DNA of 58,875 bases from positions 1 through 58,875 of the IMG/VR virus record IMGVR_UViG_3300047272_000350; one strand, given 5' to 3'. The position numbers were made by a program, and so were the translations under genes. Below the pieces are notes generated by a model that made no database searches, was not told the DNA's origin, and worked only from the letters and a program-made list of their open reading frames with translations. This document shows, one piece after another, positions 43,232-53,614 of the stretch (the stretch's first letter is position 1; each line of letters opens with the position of its first letter). The stretch is from a virus (lineage: Duplodnaviria; Heunggongvirae; Uroviricota; Caudoviricetes).

Positions 43232-43625
43232 TGTAGTAGTACTATCAGAAAGAGAGGCAAGACTTACAGCGGTAGATTTAGTAAAATATGATTCTTGTAA
43301 AGAGCTTGTAAAAGAGCAAGATAAAAGAATAGTAAACTTACAAAAAGTAGTTACAAATCTTGAAAACCAAGTATCAATCAATAACGATATAATATCTGGC
43401 CAAAAAGATTATATACAAGTACAAAACGAAATATTAAAAAAGCCTAAGAAAATAGAATTTCATGGGTATGCTGGAATAAGATCAAATGAGCTATCTACAT
43501 CAAGCATTACAGTATACGGTAATTTATTACTTGAGTATAGTAAATGGTCAACTGGAGTAAATTATAATCTTAGAAGCGAAGAAAAAGCTAACTGGGGTAT
43601 TATTATTCAATATAAATTATTTTAA
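43149..43625 (+). CDS. secreted partner of the i-spanin (o-spanin-like) with a C-terminal beta region
   Basis: SPI-type signal (FKSFS/Q), coiled coil, alternating beta strands ending IQYKLF; overlaps the upstream gene by 83 nt. Confidence 0.55.
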   Translation: MYKLKLLIVFLLVGFKSFSQIDTQKKDSVVVLSEREARLTAVDLVKYDSCKELVKEQDKRIVNLQKVVTNLENQVSINNDIISGQKDYIQVQNEILKKPKKIEFHGYAGIRSNELSTSSITVYGNLLLEYSKWSTGVNYNLRSEEKANWGIIIQYKLF

Positions 43626-43643
43626 AAACAAAAATAAAAACCA

Positions 43644-44192
43644 ATGGCACAAGTAATAGGAGAAATAAAAATAGACTTTGATGTAATTCAATCTACAGTT
43701 CAAACACTTTGGATAGGAGATAACAGTGATTGGGTACATGCAGAAACATTACCTGCAAATATACTAATTACTTTACCTGGATCAAAAAAGTCATTAGTTT
43801 TCACATTTAAAAAGAAAGCTATAAACGCTTTTAATAGCCATAATCTTGGAATAACATGTTTCACAAACGACTGTAAAGATGAAGTTTATGCAGACCTACC
43901 AGACGGAGTGTACACAATATGTTTAAAAAGTGGTTATAGCAATTTCGAAAAAACTAAATACTACTTAAAAACAGATAGAACAGAATTAGAACTTTCAAAA
44001 GCCATCGTAAAACATGGCTTTGAATACTCTAAAAATGACAAAGGTTTTAGAGAAAAAGTTTATGATGTTGATTGGCTAATAAAAGTAGCTAAGTCACATG
44101 CAAAACTAGGCGATTTTGTAAAAGCAGATCGTTTCTTCTCTGAAGCAAAATCAGTATTAAAAGGATTTGGAGAATGTTTAGACTGTATATAA
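43644..44192 (+). CDS. hypothetical structural protein (DLPDGVYTI motif)
   Basis: ORF track. Confidence 0.8.
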   Translation: MAQVIGEIKIDFDVIQSTVQTLWIGDNSDWVHAETLPANILITLPGSKKSLVFTFKKKAINAFNSHNLGITCFTNDCKDEVYADLPDGVYTICLKSGYSNFEKTKYYLKTDRTELELSKAIVKHGFEYSKNDKGFREKVYDVDWLIKVAKSHAKLGDFVKADRFFSEAKSVLKGFGECLDCI

Positions 44193-44195
44193 AAA

Positions 44196-44543
44196 ATGGC
44201 AGGACAAGAAAATTACTTAGAACTAAGTCAGGAAAATTACTTTGATAAATTTGAAAAAGATATATTAGTAAATGCTGATTTATATTACCTAAACAAAAAA
44301 TTTGGAGTAGGTAATACATTAGATAGAGATAAATTAAAACACTCTCAAATGTTTTACAGCATACTTTGTACAGACGAGTGTGAGTTAATTGACTGGGTAT
44401 TTAAAAAAATTAATGGTGATTTAGAAGGAACTAAATACAAAATAAAAATTAAGGATTTTAAATTATATGATATACCTTACGGTATAGACCAACTTAATTC
44501 AATGACAAACGAATGTTGTGATTGGCAAAAACTAGAATGGTAA
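44196..44543 (+). CDS. hypothetical protein (115 aa)
   Basis: ORF track. Confidence 0.8.
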   Translation: MAGQENYLELSQENYFDKFEKDILVNADLYYLNKKFGVGNTLDRDKLKHSQMFYSILCTDECELIDWVFKKINGDLEGTKYKIKIKDFKLYDIPYGIDQLNSMTNECCDWQKLEW

Positions 44544-44544
44544 C

Positions 44545-44904
44545 ATGCAAGAAGTAAAACATTATAAAGTAAAATCTTTACCTACAAACCCAAGACCAAA
44601 TTCAGTATACTATGTAAAGAACACTGGAGAACAAGATGTAACAACATACATCACAGATTTAAATGGGGTACCTGTCCCACTAGTTGATAATGAAGGTACA
44701 GTAGTAGGAGATAAGAATTACGTACATACACAATTAGCAGCGTCTAATGTGTGGGAAATACAACATAACCTAGACAAGTTTGTAGCAGTATTCATAGTAG
44801 ATTCTGGAGACAGCGTAGTTATAGGAGATATTGAGTACAATGACACTAATAAAATAACAATAAGATTTCAAGCATCCTTCTCAGGCAAAGCTTATCTAAA
44901 CTAA
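44545..44904 (+). CDS. small tail-associated protein (YVHTQ..ASNVWEIQHNL motif)
   Basis: W.I.HNL motif shared with the C-terminus of the next gene. Confidence 0.7.
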   Translation: MQEVKHYKVKSLPTNPRPNSVYYVKNTGEQDVTTYITDLNGVPVPLVDNEGTVVGDKNYVHTQLAASNVWEIQHNLDKFVAVFIVDSGDSVVIGDIEYNDTNKITIRFQASFSGKAYLN

Positions 44905-44917
44905 AAAAACCTAAACT

Positions 44918-46573
44918 ATGAAATTTTTAGCTCATATTGACTTAAGCAAAAATCAATTACAGAATGCTGTAATACACCCACTAGGGACACCTCCAACAGG
45001 AGTAGAGGGACAAATTTATTATAATTCTACAGTAGGAGATAAAAAATTATACATATATGATGGTACAGCTTGGACACCAGTTGGTGATATTACAAGCGTA
45101 GCTTCAACAACTTCACAGTTAACTGTAACCAGTGGAACATCCGGAGCAGTATCTTTAGCTTTAGATGTAGCTTCATCAGTAACTAACGGAGGAACAGGAC
45201 TTGTAACTTCAGACTTACTTTATGACTATATCGCAGGAGGTACAGCATCGGTAACATCAATTACAGCAGGTACAGGAATATCAGTAAACAGCTCTACAGG
45301 AGCAGTTACTATAACAAATACAGATCTTGGATCTTCACAAAATATATTCAAGAACTTTGCAGTAGCAGGACAAAATACAGTAGTAGCTGACTCTAATAAT
45401 GACACATTAACATTAGTAGCAGGATCAAATGTAACAATAACAACAGATGATACTACAGACTCTATTACAATATCTTCTACTGATACAAATACAACTTATA
45501 CAGCAGGTACTGGTTTATCATTAGCTGGAACAACATTTAATCACTCTAACTCTGTAACAGCAAGTAACTTTGGTGACACAGGTGCAACAAGAACATTAGC
45601 TTTTGGAGGAACATTTATTGTACCTTACGTTACATATGACGCACAAGGTCACCTTGTAACAAAAAGTAATTTAACTCTTACTTTACCAGCAAATGTGGAT
45701 ACTAACTGGTACCCTACAGCATTTGCATGGACAGGAGGTACTTCAGCAGGACCTACAGGCTCTTTAACAGGAGTTGGTATGTCAGCAGTAGCTTACGGAG
45801 CTATACCTTCAGCATCAGCATCAGCATCTGGAGTTGTTACAACCGGAACTCAAACTTTTGCAGGAGATAAAACCTTCTCAAATAACGTAGTTGTAACAGG
45901 GAACTTCACAGTAAATGGAACGACAACTACTGTAAACACTGAGACTATAAACCTTGCTGATAATATAATCACATTAAATAGCAACTATACTGGATCAGCA
46001 CCAACTGAAAATGGAGGTATTGAGATAGAAAGAGGAACAATAGCAAATGTATCATTATTATGGAATGAGTCTACAGATAGATGGACTTTCACAAATGATG
46101 GAACAACTTTTTATAACATACCTATTTCAGGGGATGCCACTGTAACAAGTATAGCACTTACACAAGGAAATGGTATAACTATAACAGATACTTCATCAGG
46201 TACAGCAAAAGCTTTCACAATTGCAGCAAATAATGCATCAGAAACAGCAGTCGGAGTAATCGAGTTAGCAACACAAGCAGAGGTAAACGCAGGTACAGAT
46301 ACAGTTAGAGCTGTAACTCCAGCAACTCTTGCAACTTACATTGCAAACCAAGCAGCAGCAGATTCTTATGCAGTTACTCTAACAGCTACATCAGGAGCAC
46401 AAACAGTAACACATAACTTAGGAACAACAGATGTAATTGTACAGTTATTTGATACTTCAACAGGAGAAACACTATTTGCAGATATTACAAGAACATCAAC
46501 AAGTGTAGTTACAGTAACTTTCGTAACAGCACCAGCAAATACAGTAAGAGCGTTAGTTCAAAAAATTGACTAA
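44918..46573 (+). CDS. tail fibre/spike protein, Thr/Gly/Ala-rich
   Basis: VTSITAGTGI repeats, GVIELATQAEV, THNLGT.DV. Confidence 0.8.
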   Translation: MKFLAHIDLSKNQLQNAVIHPLGTPPTGVEGQIYYNSTVGDKKLYIYDGTAWTPVGDITSVASTTSQLTVTSGTSGAVSLALDVASSVTNGGTGLVTSDLLYDYIAGGTASVTSITAGTGISVNSSTGAVTITNTDLGSSQNIFKNFAVAGQNTVVADSNNDTLTLVAGSNVTITTDDTTDSITISSTDTNTTYTAGTGLSLAGTTFNHSNSVTASNFGDTGATRTLAFGGTFIVPYVTYDAQGHLVTKSNLTLTLPANVDTNWYPTAFAWTGGTSAGPTGSLTGVGMSAVAYGAIPSASASASGVVTTGTQTFAGDKTFSNNVVVTGNFTVNGTTTTVNTETINLADNIITLNSNYTGSAPTENGGIEIERGTIANVSLLWNESTDRWTFTNDGTTFYNIPISGDATVTSIALTQGNGITITDTSSGTAKAFTIAANNASETAVGVIELATQAEVNAGTDTVRAVTPATLATYIANQAAADSYAVTLTATSGAQTVTHNLGTTDVIVQLFDTSTGETLFADITRTSTSVVTVTFVTAPANTVRALVQKID

Positions 46574-46596
46574 TAACCCAATAGACTAAAACCAAT

Positions 46597-49500
46597 ATGT
46601 CGCAAAAAATATATTCAGACTTAGATGTCAAAGGCAGCGTAACTATATCCACTATCAACAGTGCCACAACAGATACTGATAAATTCTTAGTATCTGATGG
46701 AGGTGTTGTAAAGTATAGAACAGGAGCAGAAATGCTTTCGGATTTAGGAGTAGCTCCTGGAGTAGCATCTAATATACAACACCAAGTTAAAGCTGGAGTT
46801 GCTATAAATAAAGGACAAGCTGTATATGTTACTAGTGCCGATGGTACTAATATGATAGTAGGCTTAGCATCTAATGCATCAGAAGCAACCTCTTCTAAAA
46901 CAATGGGGTTAATGACTTCAACAGTTGCCATTAATGGATTTGGTAATGTAGTAGCAGAAGGTTTACTTGCAGGGTTAAATACATCCACTGCCACAGCAGG
47001 AGACCCTGTTTGGTTGGGTACTGGAGGTAATTTAATCTATGGATTAATCAATAAGCCTTATGCACCAGCTCATTTAGTTTTCATTGGTATTGTTACAAGA
47101 TCTAACATAAGTAATGGAGAGATATTTGTTAAAGTACAAAATGGATTTGAGCTTGATGAGATACATAATGTAGACTTAAAAACTACAACGCCTATCAATG
47201 GACACCTACTTGGTTTTGATGGTACTCTATGGGTTAATAAAACTATTGCAGGATGGTTAGGGTATACTCCAGCTAATGCAAATGGTACAACAAACTATTT
47301 ATCAAAATTTACAGGTTCAACCACTTTAGGCAATAGCTTAATATACGATAATGGTACTAATATACTTATTGGTACAACTACAGATGATAACTACGCAAAG
47401 CTTAAAATAAGTGGAGGTGATATAAGCATAGGGAACAACCAACAATTTATTTCCTATAGAGCTGATGGATTACCTTTGTCTATATTTAAAGTAAATACAT
47501 CAAATCAATTAGTATTTAACCCATCTTGGGGACAAGCAGTAACAGGATACTCATTTACAACTAGCGGTTCTGAAAAATTAGTAGTTAGCTCAGGGGGTAG
47601 TGTTACAGCTAGTGGAGACATGCGAGCTCCAATATTTTATGATTCAAATAATACAGCATATTATTTAGATCAGGCATCTAATTCAAACTTATTAACGCTT
47701 TCATTGAATGGTGCAGCAGCATCCTCAGAAGCTAGTTTAACAATAGGGGCACATGGTGTAGACGAAGGTGGGCAAATAATATTAAATAAAGCAACCTCTT
47801 GGACTTATGCTGGACATATTGATGTATGGAAAGATCAATTAAGATTCCTATACGGAACAAACACTAGTACAACTGGCGTAGCAATGTCTGTTAGTTTAGC
47901 TTCTAAGCAATTAACATTACCGGCATATACATCAGCAACCTCTTTTACTGGAACAGCAGTAGCAAATTTAGCTGTAGATGCTTCAGGAAACGTAATTACA
48001 ATAGCAACAGGTGGAGGTAGTAGTGGAGTCAGCTCTATAACTGCCGGTACAGGAGTAACAGTAAGTAGTTCTACAGGAGCAGTAACAATATCTATTGGAC
48101 AATCAGTTGCAACTAGTGCAACACCATCATTTGACCAAATATTCACAACTAATAATGGAAATGGTACAAATGTAAAAATTGGAGATGACGCTTGGATAGG
48201 AGACTATAATGCAGTAAATTCTATAAAAATAAAAGGTCAACAAGATGCAACAGCAGGCTACATATCTTTTGGTTCAGGGACTGAATCTTTAGGTAGAACA
48301 GGTACTGGAATGCTTACATGGGGAGGAAGTACAGTTTGGAATGCAGCGAATGATGGATCTGGAAGCGGATTAGATGCCGACTTACTTGATGGTCTTCACG
48401 CATCAGATTTTGCATTAGTATCACATACACACCCTTATGATAATTACCAGTATTGGAATTTAAAAACTAATGGTGTACAAAGAACTACAATAACTTCTAA
48501 CGGAACATTAGACTTAGTTGCAGGTACAAATGTATCGCTAAGTTATGGAGCCGGAGGAGTTGTAACAATATCCTCTACAGACACAAATACAATCTATACT
48601 CATCCTGCTTACACAACAAGAAGTATAGATACTTCAGGGGCACAAGTTATCGATGTATTCACATCAGATGCAATAGGTAGTGTCACAAATATTACTACTA
48701 GAACAATGACATTAGCTGATCTTGGTTACACAGGAGCTACTAATGCCAACTTTTATACACTTCCTACAGCTACAAGCACTGTACTAGGTGGAGTTGAATT
48801 ATTTAGTGATACAATTCAGACAGTTGCAGCAAACACTGTTACAACAACTGCTTCAAGAACTTATGGTTTACAATTAAATTCAGCATTACAAGGTGTTGTA
48901 AACATACCTTGGACTGATACAGTCTATACTCATCCTGCTTATACAGCAAGAAATATTGATACATCAGGAGCACAAGTAATTGATATAATTACATCAGATG
49001 CAATAGGTAGTATAACAAACATTACAACAAGGAATTTAACTCCAGCTGATATTGGGGCACAACCTGCAGGCTCATACCTTACTTCAGAAACAGATACATT
49101 ACAAACTGTAACTTCAAGAGGAGCAACAACTAATTTAGCTATAACAGCTCCAAACTATGTATTTACAGGTGCAAGTTCTGGAGCAATTGGTTTGGTTACA
49201 TCAACAAGTTCATTTGGAACAAGAAGCGGAGATGGTACAACTTATGGATATGGAATAAGCACTAATAATTCTGGAGGATTAGATATAATGGCTAATCAAT
49301 CAGGTCAGCCAATAAGATTTTGGGCAGGCACAACAAATGTTAGTCCTATACAAAGAATGATAATATCTGGTGGAGATGTAACTGCTTCTGATTCATTCAG
49401 AGCACCTATATTTTATGATTCAAACGACACAAATTACTATATAGATCCAAATTCAATATCTGTAATAGATAGATTAAGATACACTAGAGCGATAGATATA

Positions 49501-51267
49501 ACTGGGACTAACTTAGATGACTATACTAATGCAGGGTTTTATAATGGCAGCAGTATGACTAATGCCCCTAATAGTGGTTGGTTTTGGGTAACAGTAGAGA
49601 GATACACAGCAGATACAGGTTGGGTACATCAAACAGCAACATCTTTTGGATCAGGTAACACTGCCAATATAGTATACACAAGAACAAAAACAGGAGGGAT
49701 ATGGCAACCCTGGAAACAACTTATGGATACAGCAGGTACCTCAGCTTCAGGTACTTGGGGAATATCAATAACAGGAAACGCAGGAACAGCTACAACATTA
49801 CAAACAGCGAGAACTATTAACGGAACCTCTTTTAATGGTTCTGCAAATATAGAAACATCTTATTGGGGAGCAACAAGAACTCTTACAATAGGTAATACAG
49901 GTAAAACAGTAAATGGATCAGGTAACCAATCTTGGACTTTATCTGAAATAGGAGCAGCATCATCTACTCACACACACGATCTAGTAAGATACAGTTTAGC
50001 AGCACCAGCCTTTATAGACACACTAACAACAGCTAATTTTAGAACTACTTTATTTGGAAGTACTACAAATGGTTATCAAATGTCTACAGCTAGATGGAAC
50101 AACGTACCAGGACCATTAACAGGCCTAAATCAGTATGGTACTATGTTTGCTTGGGCAGGAAGTGATACACAAGGATTTATAGCTATGGATTATAGTGCAG
50201 CAGCACTTATTGTCGGTGGTGGAAATGCAGATAATATAAACTGGAGCAGAAGAGTTTTAGTAGAGCAATCTTGGACAAACAGCAAATATTTTGACACAGG
50301 TGGAGAGATATACGGAACTAGATTTTATGATGCTAATAACTCAGCATACTATATAGATCCAGCAGATACAACAACTTCTGCAAACCTATTATCAAAAGTA
50401 GTAATACAAGGAGGATCTAATCCTGCAACAACAGCTATACAGGTTGCAAATATTTACGGAAGCCCTTTCTTAAGCTCTTACTATGGAGCTTTATATTCTT
50501 CCAATGCCTTTTATGTAGGAAATCCTGCAGGTACTCTTTATGATGCTTATGGGCAAAACTCTAGATTTAGTTTATATTATGACAGAGATAACACATCATA
50601 CTATGTAGATCCAGCTAGTACAAGTGTTTTAAATACACTTAACATGAGTTTTAATAACAACTCTTATGGATCAGCTTTAAATGTTACAAACTCTAACACA
50701 GGATCTCAGGCAATAGCCGGACTTAGTATGAGTGCAGGAAGTAAGTTTGGAAGTATTAATATGTTCGCCTCTGGTTATATGGACTTACTTAACCAAGATA
50801 CAACAAATGGGGGTATACAATTTAGACCAAGATCAACAACATCTATGTATATAGATAACATATCTTCTACGTCTAGAGTAACAATAGGGTCAGGTAATAC
50901 ATCATCTCATCCACTAAGAGTAACACAACAAGTTAGCAATGTGTCAATTTACGCAGACTATGACATTGTAGCATATTCAGATCAATCAGTAAAAGAAAAT
51001 ATAAGACCCATTGAAAATGTATTAGAAAGAATTAATAATTCAAGAGGTGTATTATATGATAGAATTGACAGTGGAGAAAAAGATAATATAGGATTTATAG
51101 CACAAGAACTAGAAGTAGAATTTCCAGAGTTAGTAGTCACAAATGAAGACAACACTAAAGCTGTAAAATACCAAAATGCAGTAGCTGTATTATTCGAAGC
51201 AGTAAAAGAACAACAGAAACAAATTGAAGAGCTAAAAGAATTAGTAAACAAATTAATAACCAAATAA
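46597..51267 (+). CDS. long tail fibre with a pyocin-knob-like domain and C-terminal intramolecular chaperone (peptidase S74)
   Basis: NLDDYTNAGFY...NAP...W.QTA...W.PWKQ; SDQSVKENI...GFIAQELE...PELV plus a coiled coil. Confidence 0.9.
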   Translation: MSQKIYSDLDVKGSVTISTINSATTDTDKFLVSDGGVVKYRTGAEMLSDLGVAPGVASNIQHQVKAGVAINKGQAVYVTSADGTNMIVGLASNASEATSSKTMGLMTSTVAINGFGNVVAEGLLAGLNTSTATAGDPVWLGTGGNLIYGLINKPYAPAHLVFIGIVTRSNISNGEIFVKVQNGFELDEIHNVDLKTTTPINGHLLGFDGTLWVNKTIAGWLGYTPANANGTTNYLSKFTGSTTLGNSLIYDNGTNILIGTTTDDNYAKLKISGGDISIGNNQQFISYRADGLPLSIFKVNTSNQLVFNPSWGQAVTGYSFTTSGSEKLVVSSGGSVTASGDMRAPIFYDSNNTAYYLDQASNSNLLTLSLNGAAASSEASLTIGAHGVDEGGQIILNKATSWTYAGHIDVWKDQLRFLYGTNTSTTGVAMSVSLASKQLTLPAYTSATSFTGTAVANLAVDASGNVITIATGGGSSGVSSITAGTGVTVSSSTGAVTISIGQSVATSATPSFDQIFTTNNGNGTNVKIGDDAWIGDYNAVNSIKIKGQQDATAGYISFGSGTESLGRTGTGMLTWGGSTVWNAANDGSGSGLDADLLDGLHASDFALVSHTHPYDNYQYWNLKTNGVQRTTITSNGTLDLVAGTNVSLSYGAGGVVTISSTDTNTIYTHPAYTTRSIDTSGAQVIDVFTSDAIGSVTNITTRTMTLADLGYTGATNANFYTLPTATSTVLGGVELFSDTIQTVAANTVTTTASRTYGLQLNSALQGVVNIPWTDTVYTHPAYTARNIDTSGAQVIDIITSDAIGSITNITTRNLTPADIGAQPAGSYLTSETDTLQTVTSRGATTNLAITAPNYVFTGASSGAIGLVTSTSSFGTRSGDGTTYGYGISTNNSGGLDIMANQSGQPIRFWAGTTNVSPIQRMIISGGDVTASDSFRAPIFYDSNDTNYYIDPNSISVIDRLRYTRAIDITGTNLDDYTNAGFYNGSSMTNAPNSGWFWVTVERYTADTGWVHQTATSFGSGNTANIVYTRTKTGGIWQPWKQLMDTAGTSASGTWGISITGNAGTATTLQTARTINGTSFNGSANIETSYWGATRTLTIGNTGKTVNGSGNQSWTLSEIGAASSTHTHDLVRYSLAAPAFIDTLTTANFRTTLFGSTTNGYQMSTARWNNVPGPLTGLNQYGTMFAWAGSDTQGFIAMDYSAAALIVGGGNADNINWSRRVLVEQSWTNSKYFDTGGEIYGTRFYDANNSAYYIDPADTTTSANLLSKVVIQGGSNPATTAIQVANIYGSPFLSSYYGALYSSNAFYVGNPAGTLYDAYGQNSRFSLYYDRDNTSYYVDPASTSVLNTLNMSFNNNSYGSALNVTNSNTGSQAIAGLSMSAGSKFGSINMFASGYMDLLNQDTTNGGIQFRPRSTTSMYIDNISSTSRVTIGSGNTSSHPLRVTQQVSNVSIYADYDIVAYSDQSVKENIRPIENVLERINNSRGVLYDRIDSGEKDNIGFIAQELEVEFPELVVTNEDNTKAVKYQNAVAVLFEAVKEQQKQIEELKELVNKLITK
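48595..49040 (+). repeat. internal tandem duplication in the tail fibre (YTHPAYT.R.IDTSGAQVID..TSDAIGS.TNITTR), 330-bp period
   Basis: Copies start at 48595 and 48925. Confidence 0.85.
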
Positions 51268-51275
51268 TAAACAAA

Positions 51276-51662
51276 ATGGAATACACTTGGAAAATCACAG
51301 GAGTGAAGACTTTGGATACAACAGAAGTCGAAAACGCAGTAGTACAAACTTACTGGGAAAAAATTGGTACAGATGAAAATGGAAACGAAGGTAAGTTCGT
51401 AGGAGCTACCCCATTCCCTCAATCATCTATTGATGCAGAAAATTTTGTACCATTTGATAAATTAACAGAAGAGTTAGTACTAAGCTGGATTCAAGCAGTA
51501 GTAGTAGATTCTTATGAAGAGCACGTAAACAATCAAATACAAAAACAGATTGATACTAAAGTTGTAAAACAACCTACATTGCCTTGGGCACCAGAAGAAG
51601 TTGTTGTAGAACCAGTTGTTGAACCGGCAGTAGAGCCAGCTCAAAAAACATCAGCAAAATAA
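51276..51662 (+). CDS. tail-fibre-associated protein
   Basis: YTWKI...FVPFDKLTEELVLSWI motif typical of genes following fibres; PVVE repeats. Confidence 0.75.
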   Translation: MEYTWKITGVKTLDTTEVENAVVQTYWEKIGTDENGNEGKFVGATPFPQSSIDAENFVPFDKLTEELVLSWIQAVVVDSYEEHVNNQIQKQIDTKVVKQPTLPWAPEEVVVEPVVEPAVEPAQKTSAK

Positions 51663-51666
51663 TATT

Positions 51667-52080
51667 ATGGCATTACCAGGGAGTGGACAATTAAGTTTTT
51701 CAGCAATAGCAAGTGAATTAGGAGCAGGTACACCCTATTCCCTAAGAAACATGTCAAGCTCAGCTGGATTCTCTACTCCTGATAGTGTTAGTGAGTTTTA
51801 TGGATACAGTTCAGGTGGGGGAGTAACTTACACTTACTTTAATTCATTCTACGCAGGTGATCCTTGTGGGTATGATTACTGGGACATTTATACAGGAGAT
51901 GATGGATTATATTATAGATTCGATGGATCTTACTATGACCCAATGTACAACTACACAGATTTTTGGTATGAGTATCTGTACTATGAACCAGGTTTTGGAC
52001 AAAACGTATATAATATTTGGGAAATAGACTATACTTCAACATCATTGATAGACCAAGGATTCGCCTTAAGCTATTGCTAA
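51667..52080 (+). CDS. small fibre-like protein with a Tyr-rich C-terminus
   Basis: MALPGSGQLSFSAI...YSL..MS...EFYGY N-terminal motif. Confidence 0.75.
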   Translation: MALPGSGQLSFSAIASELGAGTPYSLRNMSSSAGFSTPDSVSEFYGYSSGGGVTYTYFNSFYAGDPCGYDYWDIYTGDDGLYYRFDGSYYDPMYNYTDFWYEYLYYEPGFGQNVYNIWEIDYTSTSLIDQGFALSYC

Positions 52081-52090
52081 AATATAAAAT

Positions 52091-52597
52091 ATGATTTACG
52101 ATATAAATCCTTATGAAACCAATCAAGGCTTTGCCATACAGTTGTTAGTAGAACTGCAAGAAAATTTTACTACATCAGACAGAGCAATGATATACTATCA
52201 TTTAAGAAATTCAGATAATATAACATTAGCTTTTGATATACCAGCAAACTCTTATATTGAACTACCTTATGCTATATTGCTCCAAGAGAAATTAATTATC
52301 ACAGGAGCCGCTTTTCAAGAACTAATGTCAGGAGTAAAATCTGCACTAGACATAGTATTAAAAAAAAGACCTGACATAGTACTTAGAAAAAGAAGTGTTC
52401 TTCTTTATGATGATTGTTTTGGAACATTGATAGGAGAGTTCTATTTAGACAATGAAGATTTTTCAAAAGCTTCTTTTATATATGCAGACTCAGATTTAAA
52501 AGAGCCTATTATGTATGATGGTAGAATATCAGATAATACCTATATTGGATCCTACTACTCTAAGAGTGGATTACAAGAAATAGCACCTTGTAAATGA
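52091..52597 (+). CDS. hypothetical protein (168 aa)
   Basis: ORF track. Confidence 0.75.
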   Translation: MIYDINPYETNQGFAIQLLVELQENFTTSDRAMIYYHLRNSDNITLAFDIPANSYIELPYAILLQEKLIITGAAFQELMSGVKSALDIVLKKRPDIVLRKRSVLLYDDCFGTLIGEFYLDNEDFSKASFIYADSDLKEPIMYDGRISDNTYIGSYYSKSGLQEIAPCK

Positions 52598-52624
52598 TAA
52601 TAAAACTAATAACAAAAACAAAAA

Positions 52625-52759
52625 ATGGCAGCAAAATCAAGTACAATAGCTTTTGAACCTAGACCAAAAGTAAAGAGACCAGGAGTACATGCAAAAAGCA
52701 AGACTTCTAAATTAAAAACTTCAAAAAATTATTTAAAACTAAATCGAGGACAAGGATGA
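52625..52759 (+). CDS. 44-aa basic protein (KRPGVHAKSK...NYLKLNRGQG)
   Basis: Manual translation; ATGA overlap with the next gene. Confidence 0.7.
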   Translation: MAAKSSTIAFEPRPKVKRPGVHAKSKTSKLKTSKNYLKLNRGQG

Positions 52760-53199
52760 AAAATTGTGGAAATAAAATTAAACACATGTGTGGTGAAAAA
52801 ACTTACGCCACATGTACTTACTACGAACTAGATGTACCAGCATTTTCAAGTTTAGTAGGCCATGAATGTATTACAATAGAAGAAACAACAGAAGACCTAT
52901 ACCAATTAGTTGGTGGCATTAAATCAGAAATTGATTTATCAGCATTGGGTAATGATTGCTTAACTTATGTATTAGAAGATGGCAAAATTATTGTAAAAAA
53001 CGTATTGATAAAATACGAAGAAGAAATATGTAACTTAAAGGACAGAGTAGCCTACTTAGAAAACGAAGCAATATGTGATAAAATTATCACAGACTGTGTA
53101 GACTTAACTGGTATACTAGATGCTTGTAGCAGCCCAATAACTACATTAGGAGAATTACTACAATACTTATTAGATAACACTCAAACACCAACACCGTAA
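52756..53199 (+). CDS. Cys-rich putative structural protein
   Basis: Multiple Cys; TCTYY motif; coiled coil. Confidence 0.8.
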   Translation: MKNCGNKIKHMCGEKTYATCTYYELDVPAFSSLVGHECITIEETTEDLYQLVGGIKSEIDLSALGNDCLTYVLEDGKIIVKNVLIKYEEEICNLKDRVAYLENEAICDKIITDCVDLTGILDACSSPITTLGELLQYLLDNTQTPTP

Positions 53200-53201
53200 T
53201 T

Positions 53202-53570
53202 ATGGGAACATGTAGCCAAACAAACATACCGATATTAAATCAACAAGAGGATCCTTGTAACGGAATACACACATCAACAAACTGTATATTCTATCCAGAA
53301 GCTATTACGTATCTATTTATAGATCCTAATGAAGATTTAACAGCAATTATACAAGCTATGGTATTATCTCTACAAAGTAATAATACTAGAACAACACAGC
53401 TAGAAGAAGAAAATGCAGTTCAAGCAGATCAAATATTAGCTTTACAAGGACAAGTTTTAGACTTACAAAATGCAATGCTTGTTGCACAAACAGATATAAC
53501 AGACTTACAAGGCACAGTAAACCAACTACAATTAACTGTAGCACAGATTCAACTAACCTGTTGTCCATAA
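53202..53570 (+). CDS. Cys-rich N-terminus plus long coiled-coil protein
   Basis: TNCIFY motif; heptad repeats. Confidence 0.8.
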   Translation: MGTCSQTNIPILNQQEDPCNGIHTSTNCIFYPEAITYLFIDPNEDLTAIIQAMVLSLQSNNTRTTQLEEENAVQADQILALQGQVLDLQNAMLVAQTDITDLQGTVNQLQLTVAQIQLTCCP

Positions 53571-53614
53571 AATAAAAGGTAAAAGAATAATAACAAACTA
53601 AAAATATAAAAAAA

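Noticed and set aside
48595-49040. Tail-fibre repeat as a DGR template/variable repeat pair
   Set aside because: Both copies are in-frame coding, differences are largely synonymous and not adenine-specific, and there is no reverse transcriptase in the window
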